Below, in pieces: positions 48,780 to 62,157 of a stretch of 64,000 nucleotides of DNA. Origin of the DNA: Takakia lepidozioides (taxonomy: Eukaryota; Plantae; Bryophyta); contig CM060733.1 of assembly GCA_030704615.1 (NCBI GenBank), forward strand, positions 15,500,001-15,564,000, read 5' to 3'. A program made the translations under genes and the position numbers. The number at the start of each line of letters is the position of its first letter. Position 1 is the first letter of the stretch. Under the pieces are notes generated by a model. The model had not been told where the DNA came from. It saw only the letters and a program-made list of their open reading frames with translations, and searched no databases.

Positions 48780-51700
48780 CACTAGAAGAAAAACGCGGAA
48801 TAACCACTGACCCTTTAACCACTACTGTCTTTTCCCACTCTATAAACCACTAGTAACCACTTGCCAGTGGTTAACCCCGATGAAATGCCACGGTGGCATC
48901 ATAGACAGTGGTTGGAAGTTGTTTCAACCACTCAGTAGTCCACGTGTAATAATTTATTTTCATTTTTCATTTTTTATTTGGTAATATATTTTAGTTAATA
49001 AATATTGTATTCCACGTGGACGTGTGCAGTGGTAGATTGTGAGTGGTTATAGACACCTCAGTGATGGGAAGTGGTTGAAACCACTTGATACTCCACGTGT
49101 AATAATTCAAATTTTATTTATGATTTGTGATTTGGAAATCTATTTAATTAATTAATATAATATTCCACGTGAACGAGGACAGTGCACGTTGATCTTGAGT
49201 GGTTAAAGACACTTCATTGACTTTTACCACTTTGATAGTGGTGGAGAGTGGGTGGTGAAAGACACTGCAGTAATTGGAACCACTATTCTAGTGGTCGCTC
49301 ATGAGTGGTTGCCCACACAGCAATGATTGGTACCACTTTTGTGGTGATACATGAAAAACTTTAAGTGGTTTGTGCACCTATAACTTTGAAAAACAAACAA
49401 GTGTCCATACCATTGTAGGATGATGCTATTGAACAAATGGTTCCAACAATAAACTTTATTCTGAATCTGAAACATATTCGTCACCATCTGAATCACTTTG
49501 CTCAACTGGAATAGCGGTTGGTTGTACAAATGCCGCTTGAATGGTAGCCAATATAGCCAAGTCTTTTTTATTTAGAGCCGTGGCACCATCTAATGACCTC
49601 GGTATTGGCGATTTGGCAAGAGCACATGGTTCAACAGAGAGTGAGAGTGGAGGAGAAGATGAGTCATTTATCCCAGGAGAATGCGATGGGATGGTGGAAT
49701 ATGAATGGTATCGTGCTATCAGGGTAGCTGAAAACAAAGCTTGGTTGTTGGATTGGAGCTCCAAGGGCACTCCACTGTAAGTTGAAGCTGTCTTCCTGCT
49801 CGAATATTGTTCATGCAATAATTCCTTCCCTCCTTCCCTGCACTTGCAATGCGATCGCAGCACCTGAGCCGAGAGGTGGCCTCCCCTTCGTTGCCTCCAT
49901 GTCAGACTTACGTTTGTTTAATGAAAGGTAATTGAGGTCCCAAGAGCCCCTAGAAGACTGCCATGTCAGCAGGATGTAGTGGTTATGGACACTAGTGTCG
50001 TGGTTAATATGTACCCTATTTTTTTTAATAAAAAAAAACGACATGTCCACATCCCATCTCCGCCATTGGATGGATGTGGACCGTCGGATGCAACCCGACA
50101 CTTGGACATCCTCATGTCCCTCACGCAAGCGTACTCAGTGTGTGTGCTTTGCTTTTTGAGCTTCCTGGGCTTGTGAGGGCGTTTTGTTGTGAGTGACCCG
50201 GGCGATTGTGGGAGAGTAGAGAGAAACAAAGACCCATGCGTACTGCCCGCTATGTGTGGAATGGCCCAATGCGAAGGAGTACTCATTTGAGGGAGAGGAG
50301 TCCTGTTCACATGGGGGTGGCGGAGAAGGAGTCAAGCGACTTGGAGAGCAACCCGGGGAGGATAGTGGAGCGACTCCTAGTGCTGACTACTCAGCAGAGA
50401 GCAAGAGCACGGATGAGGAGGAAGAGCAGAGTGCTGAGAAGATCGTTGTTCACATGACTCCTTCCAAGCGGCCCTTAAGGACATCCACCCCAACCAAGGA
50501 GGGTAACAAGCCCGTGGTGGGATCCCTAAGACCCCTTCTGTCTTTGTCTCTGTCTCTCTCCCTCTCTCACCTTTAGTTCCTCTCAGATTGTGGAAGCAAT
50601 TGAGCATTTTGATGATGTATAGGGTTTAGGGTAGAGTTTTGTGTAAAACAGAGGTAGAGGCAGAACCGAGCAAGGTTTAGGGTAAATCGGAGTGAGTAAG
50701 AGGCTGGGGGGTATGGTGGTGGAATGATCTTTGGAGTGATGAACTGAAGGAGAAGGGAGTGTGTGGGGCTGGATTGAGAGTGAGGGAGAGGCTGGAGAAA
50801 TTATAATTAAGAAGCTGCGTTTTGCAACTGTTTTGGGGGCATTGGTGAATGGGTGATTCAGTCATTGAGTGCTGCGATTTGTAGCAGATGGAGGGGCGAT
50901 TGTGTTGGGGACTCTTTAGTGATTAACTCATAGCATTTTGTCTCGTTCTCATGCTGTAGTGTGCATTGATATGTCCCTCAGAATCCTTCTTGTGTCTTGG
51001 CACTGATATATCAGTTTCAAGCCTACACATGAAACCTTTTTAGGAAGGTGAATGGCTCATGAAATGCATCTACTTACAGTGACTCAGATAACCATGTTCT
51101 TGCGAGTAGTGCTTGCTTGTATGTTTGCACTGCTGGTTGCAGGACCATATCAGCTAATGTTTTAGAATCCATTTTCTGCATATGTCATTTCCTGGTACCT
51201 TAAGATATTATTCCATGGCCTAAACCTGGTCCTGATACACCTTGCTAAGTACTATGAAGTTCTTACTCGAAAAAAAAGTAAGCAAGAAAGCTGGTAAACT
51301 ATTTTAGAACAAAGACTATATCATGAAACATCGTGATATCTGTTTTGTCATGGTTTATGTCATTATGTCACCAGTAAAGTATATAAACTAGCATAAATTT
51401 GCTATCTCAGTTGGTACTTGAAGTATTTATCTAAGATCTAGTGTACTATCTTCAAACATACAACAAGCATACAACCTGTTTTGTGTGTTGTGGAATCTGC
51501 ATAGAAGATGGTGATTGGTTTACGTAACCAAGCCTATTACTACTATGAATGGCTTGTGAACTTAAGGCATGAGTGGTTGATTGTTTCATTTCCAACCTGA
51601 TATGCTTTGAGCCTGGTTCTGGAGATTTATCTCCAGACCTGCAATCTGCATTTGTGATGAGTTTACAATCTGCATATAGGCAATGATATATTAGTTTCAA

Positions 51701-54630
51701 GCTATACAAGAAACCTTTTCAGGAAAATGAATGGCTCATAAAATGTATATGCTTACAGTGACTCAGATAGCCATGTTCTTGCTTGTAGTGCTTGCTCGTA
51801 TGTTTGCACTGCTATGATTACCTTCAGGCTAGCAGTGGGTTTGAGGAAATGACATATGCAGAAAATGGATTCTAAAACATTAGTTGATATGGTCCTGCAA
51901 CCAGCCTGTCATGGTACCTTAAGATACTTTTCCATGGCCTAAACCTGGTCTTGATACACCTTGCTAGGACTACGATGTTCTTACTTAAAAAAAAGTAAGC
52001 AAGAAAGCTAATAAACTACAGACTATATCATGAACCATCATGATATCTGTTTTGTCCTGGCTTATGTAATTGTGTCACCAGTATATAATATATAAATTGG
52101 CAGAAATTTGTTGTCTCAGTTGGTACTTGAAGTGTTTATCTAAGGTCTGGTGTACTATCTTCAAACATACAACCTGGTTTGTGTGTTGTACAATCTGCAT
52201 AGAAGATGGTGATTGGTTTATATAACCAAGCCTATTACTACTATGAATGGCTAAGGCATGAGTGGCCGATTGTTTCATTTCCAACCTGATATGCTTTGAG
52301 CCTGGTTCTGGAGATTTATCTCCAGACCTGCAATTTGCTTTTGTGATGAGTTTACAATCTGCATATATGGTGGTAAATGTTATATATCAAACCAAGGTTC
52401 TTTCCTAAATGTGAATGACTTGGAAACCTTGCTAGAAAGATGAATGGCTTAAGAATTGGACTATGTATGGCTTGACCCATTAAATTTCAAAGGGTTAGAA
52501 CATGTGTTAGGGTTTTAATACTGAATGGATGTGGGACATTGCTAGGGCGCCAGAGCATGACATTCCATGCATTCACGCCATTGGATGCCAAACTTTTTTT
52601 GGCACGTTGGGCCAAGGTTTGTATGCGTTCATGAACTGCCGACCTTGCTCGTTGCCCGGTTGACCTTATTTTTCATAATTGCGGGTCTTTGCGGGGGTGG
52701 AGGGGCTTGTGTTAGGCTGCATCAAAGCGCGCAAAGGAAGGGGGGACTGAGGCTGTGGCGAATGCTACTGGTCCACCTATGACATGGGTGCAACAAGGCC
52801 CAAATGGCCCATGGGTGCAATCCAGAGGTGGGCAGACGTGGCTGCAGCAAGGACCACCTACCTAGCAGCAGCCCATGGCCCCTCCACAGATGACGAACAC
52901 GTGGTCATGGATTCCAAGTGGGTCCAATGGAGGACCCCAAGGAGCTTGGGTACAAGGAGGTGCCCAAACTTGGGGCCCTCCAAGCAACGCCGCTGGTGGG
53001 CAGTGGGCAGGCCCCCCTTTTAATGGTGCTACTCCTCCATTCACCCCCCTTGCTGGTGATGATCAAGATTCCACACAGCAAGGGGATGTTGCGTCGTAGG
53101 CTGCAAACAAAAAAAAAACAAAAAAGGCTGGCCACAAAGGAACATGAAACTGATGCGAAAGCCCACAAATCTGCTAGGCTGAAGCCGCACAAGGTACAAC
53201 TAAATTCTAAGGGGGAAGTAGACCAAGGGTGTGAGGGGAAGGATTACTGGCAGAGCTCCTAGCGGGGACTCTGCATCAGATATCTTGATCCTAGCGTTTT
53301 GCTAGCAGACAAGTATGAACCCAGTGACATGACCAATGGAATCCATGGACAAGGTGGACTGTGGATTGTGGATTATGGACGAGGTGGATTGTGGCGGGTT
53401 GAGGTGAATGATATCTATATTTCCAATTGTGTCTTGCCTCACCCTAACGAGGAAGAGGTTTCACCGCAAACAATGTTAGAGGATGTCGTCGGTCTGAATT
53501 GTCTTTGGCCAGAGAAGAACATGAAGAGGGAATTTCGTTCGCCTGGGCATAGACATTGCTGGCAGTGAGAAGAAGGCAGGAAAGCAGTTCAGTATTCCTA
53601 GCATGCATGCGGAGACGTTGTGTAGAAGTTAGGCTTAGACTTTTATCATGGCTGGATTTTGTTGACAGTGTTCCAGCACTTACTCTCTGGGATTCTATTA
53701 TATTTTGTGGAGCTTGAATCCTCAATGGTACTTCTTTCACTACACTAGTGGTGTGTGTTCCTCTAGTCATGTTCATAATCACTTGCACATCACTGTTATA
53801 GTGGTAACATTATGCGGGGGCCTTGCTGAATCCATTCTTGCTGGACAATACTGATTTGAGAGACGATGTGAATGCCAAAGCCAGGCTTGTACGGGTCATC
53901 ATGCAGCTTGCACACAATTGCCTACATTACCACTCATATAGTGGTATAAGTAATCACCTATATATTACTGTATTAGTGGTATGAATTCCTCCAGTGGTAT
54001 TCCTAATCACTTACACACCACTCTGTTAGTAATCACTCCAATCTATAGTTCCCACTCAGAGAGACACCATGGATGACTCAAATAGCTTACATACCACTCT
54101 GTGGGTAATCATTCCAATGACCTGCTGAGAGACGTCATCCACTCATATAACCACGTTGTGAGTGATATTGTATATTCTCAGTTTTCATAGAATGACTCTA
54201 TGAGTCATTTCGTGATCACTCAACAAGTGGTTTCGGAAGTCATTGAATTTTTCACTCCATCCATTTCGTAGCACTGACACACGACACGTGTCCATGCTGA
54301 GAATGTCGCCACGTGTCGACATAATCTCCAATATCATCCACGGACCACCGGCTTACACGTGTCCACTGCAAAACGGAAGTGGTTACTTTACCACTATGAC
54401 ACGTCATAAGTGGTTGATTTACCTCAGTGACACGTCAGCTAACAGGTGGACCCGGATGTGAGTGGTTCGAACGACTGTCTTTAACCACTGGTGCCACGTA
54501 ATGTCTTTTACCACTCACACTGTCCTAATCCACTGGTTTTTCATCCCTCTGGGGCCAGAGTGGTTTAGTGTCTTTTACCACTCAAAATGAGTGGCTAACA
54601 GAGTGGTTATTCCGCGTTTTCCTTCTAGTG
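48780..54630. mobile_element. Non-autonomous CACTA (En/Spm) DNA transposon, 5.85 kb
   Basis: TIRs CACTAGAAGAAAAACGCGGAATAACCACT (48780-48808) and AGTGGTTATTCCGCGTTTTCCTTCTAGTG (54602-54630), 28/29 match. Dense subterminal ACCACT/AGTGGT repeats. A Tnp1/TnpA-like remnant (IHGQ...RVEVNDIYISNCVLPHP...LEDVVGLNCLWP) lies at 53299-53530. No DDE transposase seen, and the 3-bp TSD does not match. Confidence 0.9.
50995..52366. repeat. Internal ~700-bp tandem duplication inside the CACTA, with a micro-inversion
   Basis: GATATATYAGTTTCAAGC...CAATCTGCATAT occurs twice. The segment at ~51133-51193 appears reverse-complemented at ~51844-51905. Confidence 0.85.
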
Positions 54631-54869
54631 AAAACAACAAGATGTACCTGAAGAGGAAGTTGTACAAAGGAAATTGTATACTTTGGCTCATGGAAGAGAG
54701 GGTCCACTAAGATAGAACCTCCGTTTTGTCCCACTTCTACTGGTACTGTATTCCATAATCTTTGGACCGTGACAGCCAAGTGCTAAAGAAAGAAGTTTGA
54801 CTGGTGATAGCTCGTGCATTCGATTTTCCGGGGCTTCTATTTGTGTATACTGTTGGGTGTTGTGATCCA

Positions 54870-55326
54870 AGTGAAGCAGTGGGAGCTGGGTTACCAACAT
54901 GTTGCAGGCGTGGATGAGGCAGGGCGCGGTCCTTTGGCTGGCCATGTGGTGGCAGCTGCATGTACCATCCCAGCCTCTATCACGATTTCGGGTAAAAAAC
55001 TTCTCAACTTACAATTGTCAAATTGAGTCTTTTGGATGGTTTGATCACTCCCCTCTCTTCCCTTCAACATGGTGTCTCCTCTCTTCTACCCTGTTCTGGT
55101 CAATTTTAAACCCACACAAAAGAAATCCACACAGAACAACTTTGGAAAGAGAAGTAAAGCCAGCCAAATTGTAATTTGATGTGTTGGCTACAAACTGACA
55201 AAACAAGTTGACTTTGTCATTATTCACATGTAAAATTGCAGGTGTTGATGGCAACAAAAGGTTGATTGAAGAGAGATGAGATGAACTCTACTCTCATATC
55301 ATAACAACATCGGGTGTCACTTATGC
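54870..55326 (+). pseudogene. Ribonuclease HII fragment (two exons), probably a pseudogene
   Basis: [24 protein letters not shown] is the RNase HII DEAGRG motif. After a GT..AG intron the next exon reads VDGNKRLIEER*DELY, with a degenerate DSK motif and a stop. Confidence 0.8.
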
Positions 55327-57461
55327 TGTATGTGATTCTCTTTGTGGTTGCACTTTGCCCTACACACAACCCAGAGTGATGGCAGTTGCCTTCCCCCATG
55401 CATGTCATTCCTGTGGTAAACGTAGGGATACAAAATGTCGTGCACCTAAGCATTGTGCCACAACATACATCGTTGTCCAACCACACTTCCTAGCATATAG
55501 TCCTAGAAAGCCACACCACAATCCTCCCGAGGCCTCTCTCGCCGCCATAGCTCTAGTACTTGAGATAGAGAGTGGGTGAGGTCTATATGGTGGAGTCCTT
55601 TAGCAAAGGTGCCATTGGCTTGACTTATATAACGTGATAGAGTGGGTTCATCTCTTTTCACCATTTCTGTGTCACTAGAAGAAGACGAGCTTGCCTACGT
55701 CTCACGTGGAGATAACCTCTCCACGTCCTAAGTGAAGTTCGTCACTTCACTTGGCACATGGAACCAAATGAAGTCCCAATGCCAACAAAATACAAATATA
55801 AATGTATAATGTCCTAATTAGCTAGAAATAACTATTTCTAACTAATCACAAACAAAACCATGACAAAAACTAAAATCAATAACTCTGCAACTGGGCTGTG
55901 GGGATAAGCTAAAACCTGGGGGGTGCCAACCCACAAAAGACTCTGGGTGGTTTAGTTTGTCATGGGGTTGATGGCCATAAGGCTATGGCAAGTCGATGTT
56001 TGCAGGGATCAACATGAGTACATTCTGTGGTTGCTGTACACATTTTGTTTAATTATTTAGTCACTCATTTATCAAAGTTGGAAGTTGGCAGAATTGTGTG
56101 ATGATTTCCCAAAGCCTTAGATAAAGGGAGCTTTGAACAGGTGAGACGAGTAATTTAGAGGTTGAGGGTATATGGGGATACATAATATGACTGTCACAAC
56201 CACAATGCATGAATTGTCAAATAGGGAACATGTCGTCAAATACAAAATAGGTCTGTGACAAGATCAAAATGTTGGAATTTGTTATAACCCAAATAATTAG
56301 GGCGTCAAGTCTCTTGGGATATGTGTTGGGTTGTGAATCTGACAGGGGGAAGGAAGGTTGGGTAAGAAGCTTGATTGGGGGTAGTAGACGTGACAAAGCA
56401 GATGACCATACTTCTATGCTCTAGCAGCATATTACTTTCTCCTACTTGCCATGCTCTAAACCACTGCTAGTGCTGTAACATGGTTACACAAAGGCATGCC
56501 AGTAGTGATAGAAGCCACATGAATTTGTGGATTCCAGTAGTTCACTTTTCTTTTTTTTGTTTGAGTAATTTTACTTGCATCAGGCAACAACTAGGGAGTA
56601 TAGGAGTAAGGCAATGAAGGCTTAGATTCCCTAGTACTGACGCAGGATGTAACTACAGCCTTCGCAGGAGTTCCAGGGAGGATTGCTGCTGTGACTATGA
56701 GACAGTTGATTCACTAAACAACTTCATCCACTTCTCCAGAAACTTGCGAAGACAGCCTTCTTCCGTTACTTTAAGGTATTCTTATTCTTGAGATGGGAAC
56801 ACTCCCCTGCAGAAATGTACCACTCCCTTGCAATCTATCATGAAATTCAGCAAGGATCCAACTGCCTTTGGGCTATCAAGTGAACTTGTGAATCCTCTGC
56901 TCATGTGGTATTTCAGTACTTCAGCCAGATTCAATATTTCAACATTTCAGTAATTCAGCCAGTTTTCCAGCCAGTATTTCAGTATCTCAGCCAACAAGAA
57001 TTTAATATTTTAGTTAGTTCTTTAACAAGTATTTCAACTTCATCATATTTCAACAAGCATCTCAATATTTTAATAATTAGTGAATCTGAAGATCAGTTTT
57101 GTAATATCATACATCAATAATTTAATTCATTCATCAATAAAGTTCCGACAGGGCCTCCTTTCCCGGCTTTATAAATAAATAAATAAATAAATTTTCCTCT
57201 TATGCAGTTTAAATATAGTTTGAATGTATGATTGTCTTATTTCAATATAATATTTTAAGAAAATCTTTTACTTGGACGTTTAGGGTGGAGCCATTACGCG
57301 ACTAGCCGCTTGTTGTTTTTATTGTTGTATATATTTAAAGGGAGAATACTAGAGATGAGGTAAGAACTTAATGCACACGTGCAACCCTATGACAAGACGC
57401 TATGCCGGGTTTTGGCATCTCAAATCTTCCCCACCCTATCTTGAGAATGACATGGAACTGA

Positions 57462-57645
57462 AGGAGTGTAAACTCCAGTCAGGGTTACACTAGGTTACAC
57501 GATGGGGGGAGTAACTCCACTTGGGGTTACACTGGGTTACAGGGTGGGGAGTGTAACTCCACTTAAGGTTACACTGGGTTACATCACGAGGTTTGTAACT
57601 CCACTCGGGATTACACAGGATGGAGTGTAACTTCACTTGGTGTAC
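57462..57645. repeat. Short palindromic tandem repeats (GTGTAACTCCAC...GGGTTACAC)
   Basis: About five units, each pairing GTAAC with GTTAC. Confidence 0.8.
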
Positions 57646-57719
57646 CTCACACTTGACTATGGATTAAGAAAAAACTACACGAGACACCGGGGTTAAGGGG
57701 GTTACAAAGGTTGAGGTAC

Positions 57720-58580
57720 TAACTGGATGTTTCCCATGGGTCAAAAATTAGCAAAGTTGTCCTTTAGAAGAAACCAAGTGGATGGTGTTTAGTTCTATGC
57801 ATTAGGAGCCATTTAGAGCCGGGATTTTCCAAACAAACAACAAAGTAGTGAATTTCCCAATTTAACGGTTGACTGTTGATTCCATGTGCGCATGCCAATA
57901 CTAGGTGTCAGATGCTCAATTTGGATTCTTCCCAAGAATTAGTAAACATGTCCTTTAGAACAAACCAAGTCGAGGGTATTTAGTTTCATGCATTAGCAAC
58001 CCAATCAGTCATTTAGAATCTGGATTTTCCAAACCAGCAGCAAGTAGTGAAGTTTCCAATTTGACTTTTGACTGTAATAACCCTATGCACATGCCTACTT
58101 TCCAGCCGACTGGGTTCCAAATGCTCAAGTTGGATGCTTCCTAAAAACTAGAAAAGCTCTATTTAGAAGAAACCAACTGGCGGGTGTTTACTTTCATACA
58201 TTGGCTACCCAATAAGCCATTTAGAACTTGGGTTATCCAAACCAGCAGCTAGAAGTGAATTAGGAAACTGGTCCTTTAGAAACAACAGGTTGAAAGTGTT
58301 TAGTTTCATGCATTAGGTACCCAATGAGTCATTTAGAACCTTGATTACCCAAACCAACAACACATAGTGAATTTTCCATTTTGACTGTGATTCCCTGTGC
58401 ACATGCCAACTTTCCAGTTGGCACGGGGTGGCAGATGCTCAATTTGAATGAGGGTGTTTAGTTTCATGCATTAGCTACCCAATGAGCGATATAGAACCTA
58501 GATTGTCAGAACCGGTAGCAAATACATAGTGATTTTTCAATTGGATGGAACTGTTGCTCCCTGTGCACTTGCCCAACCAC
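57720..58580. repeat. Diverged ~160-200-bp tandem repeat (4-5 copies)
   Basis: Recurrent CCTTTAGAA..AAACCAA..GGTGTTTAGTTTCATGCATTAG..ACCCAAT..CATTTAGAA..CCAAACCAGCA..TAGTGAATTT. Confidence 0.8.
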
Positions 58581-58935
58581 ATCATCATCTGTTTGCGTTT
58601 GTAATGCGTGTGTGAGACAGCCCTGGAAAAGGGCAAAGAGGTCCATGGCGCCATGGTCATAGCTAGAATTGGATTAGATGTCATTAGGATGCCCCATTCG
58701 TTGCTGCATGATGCAAAGGAGTGTTCGACATTATGGCTGAACGTATTTGGTGTCTTGAACTGCCATGATTGCAGGATATGCGTAGCATGCGTGTGGGATG
58801 GAGGATTTGGAGACATATGAGCAAGTGATGTGGGAAGTGGTATTGAAGCCCAAACACATAATCGTTTGTTTGCATTTGTAATGCATGTGTGAGGCAATCC
58901 TGGAACTGGGTAAAGAGGTCCATGGCGACATGACC
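58580..58935 (+). pseudogene. Degraded PLS-class PPR gene fragment
   Basis: ALEKGKEVHGAMV (L motif), GVFDIMAER and VS*TAMIAGYA*H, with frameshifts and stops. Confidence 0.7.
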
Positions 58936-59486
58936 ATTTGAGGTCAAGTGACTACACCATAAGTCACACTTGCTTCAACAAGAGTCTTTCAGCTTGCTCA
59001 ATCCCAAGGCCTTCTCCCTGACCTCAACATGGTTTCGAAGGCTTAGTATGGACCCCATGACACATTTCAAGTAAATTTAAGGTGCGCGAGGGTCTTATGC
59101 AGTCCAGCCCTTCGGCATCAACCTGCATCTGGTCATTGATTCAATCCTCCTTATTGCATGGCAAGGTCTCTACTCTATCCCACCCTGAATTGCCCGAGTT
59201 CAAAGGAGAGGTAAACTCAAGGCACATAAAAGGAAACCGACTTGCTCATATTTGTTTCAAGGCTGTCATTTGTAGAAGGCTGTCATCCCTGCTCAATTCT
59301 CTCCAAAAGTAACTATGTCCAGACTCCACATGGCTTTTTCCCTCCTCTTGAATGCTCAATCATCGGGCCTTCTCCTTGTCGTCCCCCTTTCGTATTGTTT
59401 TTCTGATTCCTTATTGTCTCTCTCAGATTTGGTGTTGTGGGGTTTGCCCTTCATTTTGGGTTATAGTCATCAATTTTCGCCACGTC

Positions 59487-62157
59487 TGTTGAAAAACGTA
59501 GATAGAACAACAAATGAGGATTGTATAGAAGCTCTCCACCCAACCATAGAAGCACACAGCATGAACAACTGATATGTGGCTTCACCTCCGAGCTTCATAT
59601 ATAGTTCTAGCTAGGCTAAAAGCAATCACTAAGACTTGTCTTTTAGACCTACTTTTACTATATATGTTAAGTAGTCCCATAATGGATTAGCTTTAACCTT
59701 AAGAGACAAAAGCCTCTCTAAATAGAGAGTTATTTTTAATGTCTCTAACTTTATCTACAAGTCACGATGAGATTGTGGAGCTGTTCCAACACCCTCCCTC
59801 GACGAGATAATCACGTAATCTCAACCGTCCAATGTCTTTGGAGACATTACACCAAGTTCAAGTGAACACTTGATGTGTTTTGGCTTTGGCAGGCTCTTTG
59901 TCAAAATATCCACCATCATGTCTCATGGAGAACAATAGACCACTTTGATTTCTTCTTTGCTTACAATCTCCGGCTAAGGTGTGGCTGTAGTTGCCCCAAA
60001 TCTCCAAGTAGCTTCCACAACCAAACAACTTCATTTGCTACTTGTATAGCTGACATGTACTCAACTTTTGTTGATGTAAAAACTGTTGAAGTTTGTCGTT
60101 TGCTAGACCAACCAAGACACGACGCCACCATGCAGTACATCAAACTCCCAACCGCACTTTGATAGGGAATAACCTTCAGATCCTCCTCTTCTTCCCTCGT
60201 CATGAGTGCCATATTTGAGATTAACTCTGCTCCGTTGTCAGATCTGAGAATCTTCGGGACATTTCCTGTTTGTTTCTTTGCAAATACTTTGAACTCCTTA
60301 ATTTTTGTAAGACTCTTCCAAAGGACTTAGTTTGCATTGGTCAACATACATCAGAATGTATGATTTCTAGAATGTTTGTGGCTCTCCGTCCACCATCACT
60401 AGGAAACTGAGTTCTATACTGCTTCCCTTCTATGCAACCTTTACAAAGATCAAGGTTGGTGACATCTATCAATGACAGTCCTTCTATAAAAGAAGTTGGC
60501 TGTTTCATTTGTCTCAACTTATTGATGCTCACATGTCCTAATCGTCTATGCCATAACTTTCTGACATGACTAGTCTTGATCCCGTCCCTGGTGAATAGGT
60601 TGTAAGAGCACTAGAACTTTGATTCTCCAATCTAGACCGTTGTCTGTGCTACTACTTGACCTTTATTATCTGAGATGAAGCAGCCTTCTTTTTGGAATAA
60701 CACTCTATATCCTGCATCAACTATCTTCCTCACTGACAACAATTTTTTTTGGTTAATGAAGGTACATATAGTACACCTTGCACTTCTCGAATATCTCCTT
60801 GATTTATCAGAAGTGAGACTGAACCTTCTCCACTAATGATGTGTTTGCTATCACCTTCCAAGAGAACATACTAGGAAAGAGAGATAGGTTTGTATGTGAG
60901 AAAGGGTTCTCTGGAGTCATATGTTGAGATGCTTCTTAATCAATATACCACTCATACTTCTGCCTAGGAGTACATGCTGAAAGTGAAACTAAAATAAGAC
61001 AGGGTGATTCTGACGAGTAGCTACATTTCCTCGTGTTTTTTGATTCTCTCGTTCACGTTCCTCTGCTAGACGTATGCTACAATCTTTTATCCCATGTCCA
61101 TATTTGTTGCAATGATAGCACTTAATCCTTGACTTCAGCTTAAACTTTGAGCCAGACTTTGCAATCTGATATGAAGGGAATTTCTTCTTCTGGATTCCTC
61201 TAGGTTTAATATCTGCAAAGCCCTATCTACCAATGTAGACGCCCCTTGACCTCTTCGTTTCTCCTCCTTGAGGAGAAGACCTATGACCACCTCAGTTGTT
61301 AAGTTGGTTTGTCCTGTTAAGGATACCACGAAACTGTCATAGGATTCAGGTAAGGTCGCTAGCAACACTACTGCTGCTCGTTTATCAGATATTATAGTTC
61401 CCACAAATTTTAGCTCGTCTCTTAAGACACTGAACAAACTCAAATGTTGTTCGATTGAATCTGTCTCGGTCATTTTTAGACCATAGAACTTCTGTGTTGC
61501 AATCACTTGTGACGTTCCATCATTTGTCTAAAAAATAGCTGCTAGCTTATCCCAAACTTCTTTGGAACTTTTAGCGTCAAAGACTATATTCATCTGATTG
61601 TCTCTCAAGCTCATTATGGGCTGCCGCTTCGAGGGACCTTTGGATTATTAGCTTTTGGAAGACTAGGAAAAACTATTGATGGTAGCCCTAGCCCTCTGAT
61701 CTTTTCTATCCCATAAAGCTTGGCCAACTGCATCATGAGGTCTTACATATGACCAATCAATCAATCCCCACAGGTCTTTGTCTAGAAGAATCATTTCCAT
61801 TCTAAACTTCCAGGACTGGTAGTTGGTTCCATTGAACCAATCTTCTACTCTTATATCTAATACGTTTCCATGAGCAGAATTTGCCAGTAGGTCTTCCCTT
61901 TCTCAGTATTTAAGACTTTATATTTGACAATCAGCAAACTCATTCCACCCAACCATAGAATCACACAACATGAACAACTGATATGTGGCTTCACCCCCGA
62001 GCTTCTTATAGTTCTAGCTCGGCTAAAGCAATCACTAAGACTTGCCTTTTAGACCTACTTTTACTATATATATTAAGTAGTCCCATAGTGGACTTAAGAG
62101 ACAAAAGCCTCTCTAAATAGAGAGTTACTTTTAATGTCTCTAACTTTATCACAAGTC
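59487..62157 (-). mobile_element. Internally deleted Ty1/Copia element with paired LTRs
   Basis: LTR TGTTGAA...TTCCAACA at 59487-59791, next to CCCTCCCTC (PPT on the minus strand). A truncated second LTR lies at ~61943-62157. gag FNGTNYQSWKFRMEMIL and TLPESYDSFV, CCHC knuckle ~61080-61125, LWHRRLGH...CKGC...IIHSDVC, RNase H SKRQ...EYM. Most of RT and integrase is missing. Confidence 0.9.
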
